The notes below the pieces were generated by a model. It did no database searches. It saw nothing but the letters and a program-made list of their open reading frames with translations, and had not been told where the DNA came from. DNA of 64,000 nt, taken from positions 34,130 through 98,129 of the forward strand of contig CALOBC010000038.1 in NCBI GenBank assembly GCA_942491145.1. Reading direction: 5' to 3'. Positions 29,310 through 38,867 of this stretch are shown in pieces. Source of the stretch: Myxococcota bacterium. Lineage in GTDB: Bacteria > Myxococcota_A > UBA796 > UBA2385. Each line of letters opens with the position of its first letter. Within the stretch, counting starts at the first letter, position 1. A program made the translations under genes and the position numbers.

Positions 29310-29852
29310 TCAGCGCAGCGCGAGGCTGCCGCATACACCGGCGATGATCAGGGCGGGCGCAGCGATGGTGAGCGCCCGCGGGGCGGTCAGTTGGTGCACG
29401 CGCTGCAGCAGCCGGGTGGCCACGAGAAGCATGGTCAGCACGGCAATCCCACCGAGTGCGGCGCTGTAGGAGCCGAGCCCGGAGAAGCCGACCGCTCGCC
29501 ATGCCAGTGCGTCGCCCACCACGAAGCACAACAGCGGCAGGCCGAGGGCGATCCGCAGTGCGCTGCTGGACGCGGGCGTGGGCTCGATGCCGGCCCGGCG
29601 CAGCCGCCACTGGGCCAAGACACTGGCCACCTCACCCATGCCGAGCAGCACCGCTGGCAGGATCATCGCTTGCACCCGGTACCAGCGCAGCCCGGGAATC
29701 GGAGACCGCGTGGGGGCGTGGCCCGCGTGGTCGAGGGCGAGACAGAAGCCGGACCACAGCAGCGCCACCAAGACGAGCAACGCCCGGCTGGGGGCCGGGC
29801 GGAGCAACCGCCAGAACAACGAGGAGCGCGGTTCTGGCGGGCGGTTGAGCAT
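29310..29852 (-). CDS. Small polytopic membrane protein (Yip1-like)
   Basis: About 5 hydrophobic helices; starts 4 bp after the beta-barrel gene. Confidence 0.5.
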   Translation of the reverse strand: MLNRPPEPRSSLFWRLLRPAPSRALLVLVALLWSGFCLALDHAGHAPTRSPIPGLRWYRVQAMILPAVLLGMGEVASVLAQWRLRRAGIEPTPASSSALRIALGLPLLCFVVGDALAWRAVGFSGLGSYSAALGGIAVLTMLLVATRLLQRVHQLTAPRALTIAAPALIIAGVCGSLALR

Positions 29853-29856
29853 CGGC

Positions 29857-30498
29857 TCAGAACATGATGCTGATGCCGCTGCGAAGGCCGAGCTGGGTGG
29901 CCTTGAGCTTGTTGTCCTCGTCCTTCTCACCATCGTTGATGAAGGTGCCGCTGAGGCCCAGGTACTCGCCCGAGATGTCGAAGCTGGCCCGCTTGAAGGC
30001 CTTGAGGCGCACACCGACGTCGCCGCCGTAGATGATGTTGTTGACCTTGTTCACAACTTCCTTGTCCTTCATGGAAGAGGAGTTGTTGTCGATGCCGACG
30101 ATGGGCTGGATGAACAGACGGGCGCCGCCACCAAGCTTGATGTTGTAGGCACCGGTCAGTGCGAGCATGATCTCGGAGTCGAGGGTGGTGTTCTCGTCCT
30201 CCGCTTCGACCTCGTCGTTCTCGGCTTTGCTGGTGGTGCGGTTGTAGCCCACGATGGCGCCAGCCTCGATGCCCTCAGCGAGCTGGTAGGTCAGCTCAAG
30301 GCGGCTCAGGCCGCTGAACAGGCTGATGTCGGTGGTTTTGCCCTTGATCGGGTCGTCGATGTCGTCGTTCGCGATGTAGGCCGTCGTGTTCTGGACGATG
30401 GGGGTCGACAGCTTGAACCGCAAGCCGACTGGGTCGTCGCCCTTGGCGTGGGCGGTTCCGGCGGCGAGCGTAGCGAGAAGCATGGGGAGTAGGGTCAT
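29857..30498 (-). CDS. Outer-membrane beta-barrel protein (OmpA-like, 8-stranded type)
   Basis: Signal peptide AHA-K, alternating beta strands, C-terminal Phe (GISIMF), GGAGGA RBS. Confidence 0.8.
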   Translation of the reverse strand: MTLLPMLLATLAAGTAHAKGDDPVGLRFKLSTPIVQNTTAYIANDDIDDPIKGKTTDISLFSGLSRLELTYQLAEGIEAGAIVGYNRTTSKAENDEVEAEDENTTLDSEIMLALTGAYNIKLGGGARLFIQPIVGIDNNSSSMKDKEVVNKVNNIIYGGDVGVRLKAFKRASFDISGEYLGLSGTFINDGEKDEDNKLKATQLGLRSGISIMF

Positions 30499-30576
30499 GA
30501 TGCGTATCCTCCGTTGCGGGTCGGGCCTAGGTGGGCACGACCAGGTGAGTCGTCGGTGGCCCTCAATCGGCGCCCA

Positions 30577-30611
30577 CTCTTGACATAGCAAGAGCGGACC
30601 CGGCTTGTCAC
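30577..30611 (-). promoter_or_regulatory. Putative sigma70-type promoter for the beta-barrel gene, overlapped by an inverted repeat
   Basis: Minus strand GTGACA-18 nt-TATGTC with extended TG; CTCTTG-N6-CAAGAG palindrome at 30577-30594 covers the -10. Confidence 0.4.
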
Positions 30612-30765
30612 GGCGAAGTATCGAGATTGGGGGTTTCCGTCCCTTACAAACAACGAACAGAGACCAAATCGGCCAAAGAGTCCCTCGTGAAACATGTTCT
30701 CGTGAAGCTGCGACGGTGCCGGGGGGGGAGTTCTTGGGTTGCGGTGGGTGGCAACACCCAGTCCT

Positions 30766-31725
30766 TCAGGCGTGGGGAATGCGGTCGTGGAGGGCTTCTT
30801 CGCCGACTTCCACTTGGAGTGTGACGTGGCGCAGGCCATGCTCGGCGAGCAACCTGGCCCGCGCACGGTCCCTCAACTCGTGGCGATCGCAGCCATCGGC
30901 GGCCACCAGGTGGGCCGTCAACACCCCAAAGCTGCCGTCCAGGGTCCAGACATGGAGCTCGTGAACGTCCAGCACGCCATCAGTCTCGCGAATCGTGCGC
31001 CGAACCTCGCGCATGTCCATGTCGGCTGGAGGGAGCTGCATCAGCACCCGTCCCGAGTCCCGGATGATCTGCCATGCCCCCCACAACACCAGCGCGCCGA
31101 CGAGCACACTGACGATGGTGTCGGCCTCGGGGTGGCCGGCCATGATGGCGATGGCAGCGACAATGGCGCCGACTGAGCCCAGGGCGTCCGCGGCCATGTG
31201 CATCAGCGCCCCACGGAGGTTCAGCTCGCCGGCACCCCCCCTTGCACGCATCAGCGCGACAACACTGCCCAGGTTGATCGCCAGCCCGATCGCCCCCACC
31301 ACCAGCACGGCGGTCCCGGGGATTGCTTGGGCGGGGCTCCGCAGGCGATCGACCACCTCAACGCCGATCCACCCGGCCGCGACCACCAACAACAACCCAT
31401 TGGAAAAAGCGCCGAGGGCTTCGGCCCGGACCAGCCCGAACGTGCGCTGCTCGGTCCAGGGCTGGGCGGCGAGTCGGGCAGCACCGAGGGCGAGGATGAG
31501 GCTGGCCACATCGCCGAGCATGTGCACGGCATCGGAGAGCAGGGCCAGTGACCCCGTCCACCATCCGGCCACCGCTTCGACCACCAGAAAGCCGCCATTG
31601 AGAATCAGCGACCACCGCAACGCCGTGCGCGCCCGCTGGTCCCGGCCGTCGTCCCGCCCATGGCTGGACAAGGTGGCGACATGCTCGTCGCTGTGGACTC
31701 GGTGGTGGTGGCTGTGATCGTGCAT
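30766..31725 (-). CDS. czcD: Cation diffusion facilitator (CzcD/ZitB-like) Zn/Co/Cd exporter
   Basis: His-rich N-terminus, GSLALLSDAVHMLGD, NLRGALMHMAADALGS, VHELHVWTL, HVTLQVE; TGATG coupling to dusA. Confidence 0.92.
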   Translation of the reverse strand: MHDHSHHHRVHSDEHVATLSSHGRDDGRDQRARTALRWSLILNGGFLVVEAVAGWWTGSLALLSDAVHMLGDVASLILALGAARLAAQPWTEQRTFGLVRAEALGAFSNGLLLVVAAGWIGVEVVDRLRSPAQAIPGTAVLVVGAIGLAINLGSVVALMRARGGAGELNLRGALMHMAADALGSVGAIVAAIAIMAGHPEADTIVSVLVGALVLWGAWQIIRDSGRVLMQLPPADMDMREVRRTIRETDGVLDVHELHVWTLDGSFGVLTAHLVAADGCDRHELRDRARARLLAEHGLRHVTLQVEVGEEALHDRIPHA

Positions 31726-32699
31726 CAGAAGGGAATCGCAGACGTCAGGAGGGTCGGGGAGGTGTCGGGAGCTTGGGCACCCTCGGTGAGCGTTCGGCGC
31801 CACGTCCGGGCCCCGGGCTGGCCCGAGTACAGCCCCATCATTGGCTTGACCACGTGGCGAATCGCGAAGCCCGGGTCGGCGGGGTCTGCCAGGCGCTGTG
31901 CCGTGTACTCCGCCATTGCGTGCACCACCGCGGCGCGGTCGATGGTGCGGGGGGCGTCGCCAAAGATGCGGGCGTCGGCGTCGCCAAGCGACATCGGGTC
32001 ATCCCACGCGCCCCGGCCAATCATCACGGCATCGACGTGCTGGAGGTGTGCTTCGACCTCATCCAGGGTGGTGATGCCGCCGTTGATCTCGATGGGAAGG
32101 TAGGGGCGTTCGATCTTCAGACGGTAGGCATCGCCGTAGCGAAGGGGGGGCACGCGCCGGTTTTCTTTGGGGGAGAGTCCCTTGAGCCACGCCTTGCGGG
32201 CATGCACGGTGAAGCGGTCTGCGCCGGCCTGGGCCACCCGGTCCACAAAGGTGAGCATGTGCTCGTAGGAGTCCTGGTCATCGAAGCCGATGCGGTGCTT
32301 GACCGTGATGGGAATGCGCACCTCGGCCTTCATCGCGGCCACACCCTCGGCCACCCGGTCGGGGTCCCCCATGAGGCACACCCCGAAGTTGCCGGACTGC
32401 ACCCGAGAGCTGGGGCACCCGATGTTGATGTTGACCTCGTCGTAGCCTTCATCTTCGGCGATGCGGGCACACTGGCGCAGGGCGTCCGGGTCGTCCCCGC
32501 CGAGCTGGAGCGCGATGGGGTGCTCTTGGGGGTCAAAGGCGAGCAAGCGTGCGCGCGGGCCCCGCAGCAAGGCGCCGGTGGTGACCATCTCGGTGTAGAG
32601 CAAGGTCCGGCGCGTGATCTGCCGCATCATGAACCGGTAGTGGCGGTCGGTCCGGTCCATCATCGGGGCGATGCTGAGCGGTGGCGTGGGCGGGAACAT
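31725..32699 (-). CDS. dusA: tRNA-dihydrouridine synthase A
   Basis: SIAPMMDRTDRHYR, LLYTEMVTT, NINIGCPSSRVQSGNFG, ITVKHRIG, VHARKAWLKGLSPKENR, EINGGI. Confidence 0.93.
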   Translation of the reverse strand: MFPPTPPLSIAPMMDRTDRHYRFMMRQITRRTLLYTEMVTTGALLRGPRARLLAFDPQEHPIALQLGGDDPDALRQCARIAEDEGYDEVNINIGCPSSRVQSGNFGVCLMGDPDRVAEGVAAMKAEVRIPITVKHRIGFDDQDSYEHMLTFVDRVAQAGADRFTVHARKAWLKGLSPKENRRVPPLRYGDAYRLKIERPYLPIEINGGITTLDEVEAHLQHVDAVMIGRGAWDDPMSLGDADARIFGDAPRTIDRAAVVHAMAEYTAQRLADPADPGFAIRHVVKPMMGLYSGQPGARTWRRTLTEGAQAPDTSPTLLTSAIPF

Positions 32700-32743
32700 C
32701 GGGGCCTCCGCCGGCCGGGTTAACCCAAGGCCTTGGCCATGGG

Positions 32744-33697
32744 TCAGCTCAGCGTGGACCGCCAGTGTCGCAAGCCCTGGGCGTTGAGGGTGGCGTCGAA
32801 GCCCATGATGTCGCGCAAGGTGGCGTCGTCGGCGGTGTGGCCATGGGCCCGGGCACCAGCGAGAAGGTGTTGCATCACGGCTTCTTCGAGGTCGTCGGGC
32901 GCGTCCATTGCGAGCCGTCTCAGGGCGTGCACGTGGGCGATGAGCTGGTCCGCGAGGGTGCTCAGGTTCTCGACCCGGGAGTAGTGGGTGAGCCACGCGG
33001 CGTCGATGCCCTCCTGATGGGCGGTCTCGACCAGACGGTGGATGCTGTGCTCGGCGGCGTCGGGGTCGAAGTGCACAGGTGTCGTGGTCGGGAAGACGTA
33101 GGGGCGGCCGTCCACGTGCAGGCTGCGGTAGGCGATGCCGAAGGTGTCCCCGGTGAAGATGCCGCCGCCAACGGGATCCACGATGCAGTGGTGGTGCTTG
33201 GCATGGCCCGGCGTGTGGAGGAAGCGCAGGGTGCGGCCGCCGAGGATGAGCCGGTGACCCTCGTGGGTCTGGATGATGCGGTCGGCGGGGATGGGCAGGA
33301 TGCGCCCATAGAGCTGGTCAAAAGCCGCATCGCCGTAGACGGCACGGGATCCGGCCTCGAGCCGGCTGGGGTCGACCATGTGGCGGAAGCCCCGGGGATG
33401 CACCACCAAGCGCGCTTGCGGAAGGGCGGCCATGAGCGCACCTGCACCGCCCGCATGGTCGAGGTGGATGTGGGTCAAGATGATGAGCTTGACGGCACTC
33501 TTGGGAATCCCCAGCGCGTTGATGGCAGCGAGCACCGGCCCCACCGAGCCGTTGACGCCCGTGTCAACAATGGCCGCTTCGTCCCCATCTTGGATGAGGT
33601 GGACGGCGGCCAAGCCCGGCCGCACATAGTCGGCGTCAACCGCAAACACCCCGTTGCCCACAGACTCAGGCCTGGGGGCACTACTCATCACAGACAT
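32744..33697 (-). CDS. MBL-fold metallo-hydrolase
   Basis: THIHLDHAGG, HTPGHAKHH, FTGDTFG. Confidence 0.92.
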   Translation of the reverse strand: MSVMSSAPRPESVGNGVFAVDADYVRPGLAAVHLIQDGDEAAIVDTGVNGSVGPVLAAINALGIPKSAVKLIILTHIHLDHAGGAGALMAALPQARLVVHPRGFRHMVDPSRLEAGSRAVYGDAAFDQLYGRILPIPADRIIQTHEGHRLILGGRTLRFLHTPGHAKHHHCIVDPVGGGIFTGDTFGIAYRSLHVDGRPYVFPTTTPVHFDPDAAEHSIHRLVETAHQEGIDAAWLTHYSRVENLSTLADQLIAHVHALRRLAMDAPDDLEEAVMQHLLAGARAHGHTADDATLRDIMGFDATLNAQGLRHWRSTLS

Positions 33698-35030
33698 ATT
33701 GTTCAACCTGGAGCGCGTCGATGAGGTGGTAGTTTGTGGAACCGCCCGTTGCGCCGGTGAACCCAACATAAGCGGGAAAGGTCGAGAGTCCGCTGACCGC
33801 TTGGTCCAGATAGGTGACCCCGTCGATCTGCACGGTGACTTGGGTGCCGCTCACGGTGACCGACATCGTGTGCCACGCACCGTCTTCCATCTCGGGAAGG
33901 GCCGCCCATGCCCGGGGTGAGTTGATGTCCCCGTCCAGATGCACCGACAAGTGGTCTTCGGTTGTTGGGTCGTTGTGTTCGCCGTTGTACCAAGTGTCGA
34001 CCTCGATGCTCCAACCGGGAAGACCCTGGTAGCCGATGCCCCCGCCGGTGCCGCCGACAAAGGTGGTCATGCGGGTTGTGTCGATGGCGGTCACGGAGAT
34101 GCCGTCGGCGCCCGTGCCCCCGCTCACGTAGAACGAGAATTCGATCTGGACGTTGGTGGCGTCCACGGTGGACGCGGTCTGGAATGCCGTGCCCGACTGG
34201 TTTCCGACGGGTGCGGTCAGCTCGACCCAGCTGTTGGTGGCGTCCCACAGCGCGCTGCCCTCGAAGTTCCAGGTGGACAGGTCGAGGGACTCTGCCAGGT
34301 AGCCCGCATTCTGGCAGATGCGAATGCTGTCCTGGACGGCATTCCCGCATGTGTCGGTGCCCTCGAGGGTGACCGTGTGCATGCCGCTGGTGCGCAGCAC
34401 GCCGTCCCAGGCCATCGTGGCATCACCGGAGGCGCTGGGCACCGAGCGGTCGAGCTCACCGTCCACATTCGACGTCCAGACGAGCGCGATCTCTTCGGTC
34501 GACAAGTCATCGACGGCCCGGGCGTTGAAGGTCTCGAGAGCGTCGATGCCGAGCACATCCCCGTCGATGGGGTCGACGATGGAGATGCTGGGGGGCACGT
34601 CGGTGGCGGCGCTGATGGGCACTTCCACCACCGGGCGGGCGGGGTCGTCGGACTCGACTCGCAGAGTGCCGTTGCCGGGACCACCGGACACCCGCACGGC
34701 GATGGCGTCGGCGGGGGCGAGGGTGAGGGGCAGCCCAGGGTCTTCGACGGACCACGAGCCGTCTGCGCTCAGGTCGGTGATGGTGAGGTCGCCATCGCCC
34801 AGGTTGGACAGCTCCACCATGGTGCTGGTGGCCGCGCAGATGACGCCCAGCTCAACACTGCCGGGGAGGACCGCCAGCTCGGGGGCACCCCCATCGGGGA
34901 CTGGCGAGTCGTCGACGTCAAGGGGGCCGGTGTCGCGGCTGAGCTCGTTGGCTTTGCCGTCGGGCTGGAAGTTGTAGTCGCTGCACGCAAGCCCGAGGCC
35001 AGCCAACACAGCGAAGACAGGAACACGCAT
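33681..35030 (-). CDS. Lipoprotein with Ig-like (choice-of-anchor D type) domains and a C-terminal L-type lectin domain
   Basis: Lipobox GLAC; VELSNLGDGDLTI; VELTAPVGNQSGTAF, GADGI, SIEVDTWYN, YVGFTGATGG. Confidence 0.8.
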   Translation of the reverse strand: MRVPVFAVLAGLGLACSDYNFQPDGKANELSRDTGPLDVDDSPVPDGGAPELAVLPGSVELGVICAATSTMVELSNLGDGDLTITDLSADGSWSVEDPGLPLTLAPADAIAVRVSGGPGNGTLRVESDDPARPVVEVPISAATDVPPSISIVDPIDGDVLGIDALETFNARAVDDLSTEEIALVWTSNVDGELDRSVPSASGDATMAWDGVLRTSGMHTVTLEGTDTCGNAVQDSIRICQNAGYLAESLDLSTWNFEGSALWDATNSWVELTAPVGNQSGTAFQTASTVDATNVQIEFSFYVSGGTGADGISVTAIDTTRMTTFVGGTGGGIGYQGLPGWSIEVDTWYNGEHNDPTTEDHLSVHLDGDINSPRAWAALPEMEDGAWHTMSVTVSGTQVTVQIDGVTYLDQAVSGLSTFPAYVGFTGATGGSTNYHLIDALQVEQYVCDE

Positions 35031-35147
35031 GGGTGGCTCCGTGGACAGGTGCCCACTCTACCCCGAATCCCCGGCGGATGTGCCTTCAAGCCCGATCCCC
35101 GCGACGACTTGGGGCGTCAGCGGGCACGGGGGCGACAAGGCACAGGC

Positions 35148-36188
35148 TCAGAGCCAGCCGCTCGGGTCTTGCTGACCGGCATCCACGCTGAGAACCTCCA
35201 TCGTGCCGGCACCCAGGTGGACGATGGTCGGGTAGGACCAGTTCTGCTCGAACAGGTAGTGGGCGTTGCCGAGATCGTCGTCAAGCACCGGAATGGTGGA
35301 CAGCGAGTAGCTGGTGGCCCACTGGTTGAGCTCGGTGGCGTCGATGGAGCCGGATGTCCGGTCTTCGACCAAGACCTCGATGTACTGGAAGCCCGAGCTG
35401 GCGTAGCTGTTCTGTTTGGACTGGGCTTGGGTTGCAACGGACTGGCAGGTCCCACACCACATCGCGCTGAAGACCAGCATCACGTGGTTGTCGCAGAAGC
35501 TGTACAGGTCGACATCTTCGCCGTTGTGGTCGGTGAGCTGGAAGTTGGCGACGATGTTGCCGGTCGCGTAGGTGGTCGCCCGTCCGTTGTTTCGGCCGCT
35601 GGGGGTGCTGGGGGTGGGCAGTGCCGTGCCGCACGTCTGGACGTTGTAGGCGCTGCTGTAGGTGCGGTCGTAGTAGTCGAGGGGATCGGTGCCGGCGGCG
35701 GTCTCGTCGGCATCGGTTTGGCCGTCCCCGTCGGTGTCGGTCGCCCCACTGCCACCCGTGGTCCCGCCGTCTGCACCGTCGCCGCCATCTGCGCCGTCCC
35801 CGCCATCTCCGGCGCCATCGGTCCCTTCGCCCGATCCCTCGTCGGAGCCCTCGTCGGACCCCTCACCAGCGCCTTCATCGGACCCCTCGTCGGAGCCCAC
35901 GTCGGCGCCTTCATCGGACCCCTCGTCCGCTCCACTGCCGGTCCCTTCGTCGCTGCCTTCGTCGCTGCCTTCGTCGCTGCCTTCGTCGCTGCCTTCGTCG
36001 CTGCCTTCGTCACTGCCTTCGGTGCCGGTGCCGTCCGAGCCTGTGCCCTCACCACCATCACCGCCATCTCCACCGTCGATGTCGTCGGTGGGGACTTCAG
36101 ACGTCGCGTCCTTGGCGCCACTGTCCCCGTCCTTGTCGCCACATGCGAACAACAAACCGAGAAACAGGGGGACAACACTGCGGCGCAT
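35148..36188 (-). CDS. Lipoprotein with GSDE-repeat linker, TSP3-like Ca motif and TlpA-like thioredoxin domain
   Basis: Lipobox LFAC; DTDGDGQTDADETAAGTDP; NFQLTDHNGEDVDL, FSAMWCGTC, YPT. Confidence 0.82.
   Translation of the reverse strand: MRRSVVPLFLGLLFACGDKDGDSGAKDATSEVPTDDIDGGDGGDGGEGTGSDGTGTEGSDEGSDEGSDEGSDEGSDEGSDEGTGSGADEGSDEGADVGSDEGSDEGAGEGSDEGSDEGSGEGTDGAGDGGDGADGGDGADGGTTGGSGATDTDGDGQTDADETAAGTDPLDYYDRTYSSAYNVQTCGTALPTPSTPSGRNNGRATTYATGNIVANFQLTDHNGEDVDLYSFCDNHVMLVFSAMWCGTCQSVATQAQSKQNSYASSGFQYIEVLVEDRTSGSIDATELNQWATSYSLSTIPVLDDDLGNAHYLFEQNWSYPTIVHLGAGTMEVLSVDAGQQDPSGWL
35945..36016 (-). repeat. 12-bp tandem repeat x6 encoding Gly-Ser-Asp-Glu
   Basis: CTTCGTCGCTGC five times exactly, plus one copy with a single mismatch. 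Confidence 0.95.
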
Positions 36189-36336
36189 GGGCACTCCGAG
36201 TCGACAGGGGGATAGCGAGCGTAGGGGGATGTAGAGAGTCCCCGATGGCCGGGCGTCTTCGTGGTTTCGAGTGTGAAGTGGATTTGGCGGGCTCGGGGTG
36301 TTGTGAGGCGACACCACCCTGCCGGCGCCAACCGGG

Positions 36337-38574
36337 TCAGTCGAGTCCGACCACCCGCCAGCCCAGGTCCGGCGGCACCATGCGCACGCCGGAGCCCTTC
36401 ACCCAGACCGTGCCGCCCCGGGGCAAGCGCTTGAGGGGGGACAGGTCGTGAATGCCCTGACAGCCGGAGATCACGAGCGACCGCAGCGAGCGAATCGAGC
36501 ACAGCGGACGCAAGTCTTCCACCGCGACGCAGTTGTGCAGCACGAGGGCTTGCAGGCCCTGAAGACCGCTGAGTGGGCTGAGATCGTCGAGGGAGGTGCA
36601 CCCGCCGAGGTCCAGCCAGCGCAGGTTCTGCAGTGCGCCGAGGGCACCGACCGAGTCGACTTGGGGACAGTCTCGGATGTCGGCCCAGCGCAGCGCCGAC
36701 AGCGTGGCGAGAGGGCCGATGTCCCGGATGTTCTCACAGCCCGCGAGCTCGATCCTGGACATGCGGCGCTGGCCAGCAATGGGAGCCAGGTCGTCGATGT
36801 GGGTGTTGCCCGACAGGTCGAGGGCCGGCAGCGGCCCCACCTCGCGCAGCGGCTCCAGATCGGGGGCCCACGAGGGCACGCGGCCCCGCTCGGCGGCACA
36901 ACGCATGACCGCCTCGCTCACGACCTCCCTTGCGGCTTCCTGGACCCCCGCGGGAAGGGCCGGCGCGCGGGCATCCTGGAGGGCCAAGGCCAAGGGACCG
37001 AGGCTCTCGAGGTCTTGCAGCTCGGTGAGGTTCTGGCGGTCCAAGAGCTGGTCAAAGACGCGGGCCGCGAGCCCAGGTTGGGTGTCGAGCACATCAAACA
37101 GCTCGAGCAAGTCTTCACTGGCCGCGATGCGTGACCAGCCCCGCAGGGTGTGCATCGCGGCGTGGGCAGCCCGCTTGTTTGGTGTTTGCTGCAGGTCGGC
37201 CGCGAGGTGCACAGCCGCGAGAAATCTCTGTTGATCGGCTCTCACGAAGCCCAGCCCGCCGGACCGAGCCACCAGCACCCCCGGGCGATGGGCCACACCG
37301 TGCACAAAGCGGGCGGTGTCGTCCGGACCGGGATCAGGATGGCCGTCGGCCACCACCGCGCTGCGCAGCAAGTAGAACGCTTGGCTCCACGGCACGGGTG
37401 GCGTGCGCACCCGCGACTCCAGGCTGCCCGGCGCGCCCGCGGCCACCCACTGGTCCCATGCTGCGATGCGCTCCGCTTCGGCCGCCCGGGCCATGCCTTC
37501 CACCCAGCCCCGGCGGGCATTGACAGGAATGAGCTCGGCGCCGGGCACATTGTCGAGGGCCGCCAGCCACGCCGCCACCACCCAGTCAATGAGCTGTCGG
37601 CGGTCGGTGGGCAGGTCGCCCCGGGCAGAGTGGACCATGGCCAGCAAGCACAGCATCGCGGGTGTGCTGGCGAGGCCCCGCGCTTCGGGGGATGCCTGGA
37701 CCGCCGCAATCAGCGCGTCGGCCGCGACCGGGGCGTCGGGATGGGCGACCTGTTGCCAGTTGTGGGCGAAGGTGCGGACCTGGTGGGGGCTGAATGGGCG
37801 CAGCCACCACGTCTGGAGCTCCGGACGGGCGGCCTCGGGCAGGTCTGCGAGCTCCGGCGGCAGGTCGTCCCCGGGGTCGCGCAGGGGGCTCTGGGCGTAG
37901 CCACCCGGCTCGGCCGTGATCAGCCATGAGGCCGCCGGATACCGCCAGACCCCATCGAGAATGGCGTCGCGCAGGGCCTCTCGGATGTATGCGTCCTCGA
38001 CCCCGTCCAAGTCGTCCAGCACAAACAGAACCTGACCCTGCTCCAGCAAGACCGGAAAGAGTGCGTCCATCCCTTCGGTCCAGAAAGGCATCTCGGCGAG
38101 CCGGGCCACCAGCCCCTCCACCGTGCGAACGCCCTCGTCCAAGTCCAGAAAGCCGATGGGCAGCACGACCGGAACCAGCCTGCCAAGGCGCTCGATGACG
38201 GGGTTGGGCGCCGGGTCGGTCAGGGCGTGCACTAGCCATGCACACAAAGTGGTGCGCCCGGAGCCGGCCTCGCCGAGAACGACGACGTGGCGGTGCTGAT
38301 CGAGGAGGTCCAGCAACCGCAGCGTGCCGTGCTCGTCCCCGGGTCGCACCGCACTGGGGCTGGTGGAGAGCAAGGGCTCGACGAAGAGCGCGTCCAGCGC
38401 GATGCCTTCGAGGGGGTCGCCACTGGGGGCCGGCAGGGGAATGTGGCCATGGAGCTGGCGCAGCCACGCGAGGTATCGAATCAACGGGCCGTGGGCCCAT
38501 GGATTGAGGAAGCTGCTGGGATCCGGCCGTGTGACGGTGTCTTCGAAGTGGGGATGCGACGGGGGCGACATCAT
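36337..38574 (-). CDS. NACHT-LRR (NLR-like) protein with degenerate NTPase motifs and no N-terminal effector
   Basis: GEAGSGRTT, LFVLDDLDG, LRPFSPHQV..F, TPAMLCLL, LPTDRRQL, winged-helix FVRADQQRFLAA; about six 23-aa LRRs of the LxxLxLxxCxxLxDLSPL type. Confidence 0.85.
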   Translation of the reverse strand: MMSPPSHPHFEDTVTRPDPSSFLNPWAHGPLIRYLAWLRQLHGHIPLPAPSGDPLEGIALDALFVEPLLSTSPSAVRPGDEHGTLRLLDLLDQHRHVVVLGEAGSGRTTLCAWLVHALTDPAPNPVIERLGRLVPVVLPIGFLDLDEGVRTVEGLVARLAEMPFWTEGMDALFPVLLEQGQVLFVLDDLDGVEDAYIREALRDAILDGVWRYPAASWLITAEPGGYAQSPLRDPGDDLPPELADLPEAARPELQTWWLRPFSPHQVRTFAHNWQQVAHPDAPVAADALIAAVQASPEARGLASTPAMLCLLAMVHSARGDLPTDRRQLIDWVVAAWLAALDNVPGAELIPVNARRGWVEGMARAAEAERIAAWDQWVAAGAPGSLESRVRTPPVPWSQAFYLLRSAVVADGHPDPGPDDTARFVHGVAHRPGVLVARSGGLGFVRADQQRFLAAVHLAADLQQTPNKRAAHAAMHTLRGWSRIAASEDLLELFDVLDTQPGLAARVFDQLLDRQNLTELQDLESLGPLALALQDARAPALPAGVQEAAREVVSEAVMRCAAERGRVPSWAPDLEPLREVGPLPALDLSGNTHIDDLAPIAGQRRMSRIELAGCENIRDIGPLATLSALRWADIRDCPQVDSVGALGALQNLRWLDLGGCTSLDDLSPLSGLQGLQALVLHNCVAVEDLRPLCSIRSLRSLVISGCQGIHDLSPLKRLPRGGTVWVKGSGVRMVPPDLGWRVVGLD

Positions 38575-38867
38575 CAAGGCGTCCTTGGCGGGCAGCAACA
38601 GGCAGTGGCGCCCCGGAGCATATCTCCCGCGGTGCCTCCGGCGGTCTCCCGCTTCGCCCGCTGAACTTTCTGTGATCGGTTCGGGCCGCTGCCGTCATGG
38701 GGTGGGTGCGTCCCGGTGGCCCTGTGTCCACGTCGGGCCCTCCGGCGGAAACCCGCCTGCTGGGCCTATGACAAGGGCTCTGCACTGACAACCTCTCTAC
38801 ACAAGCCGCTGCCCCGCCCGGCTATCCATGAGATTCCGGCCACCGCCGCCCCCCTGCACTGGAGTCG

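Noticed and set aside
30680-30706. parS-like sequence (AGTCCCTCGTGAAACA)
   Set aside because: Only 12 of 16 positions match TGTTTCACGTGAAACA, the left arm is broken, and there is no parAB nearby
35830-36016. Tandem repeats here, at 10911-11064 and at 39620-39830 as mobile or CRISPR repeats
   Set aside because: All encode low-complexity protein linkers in frame
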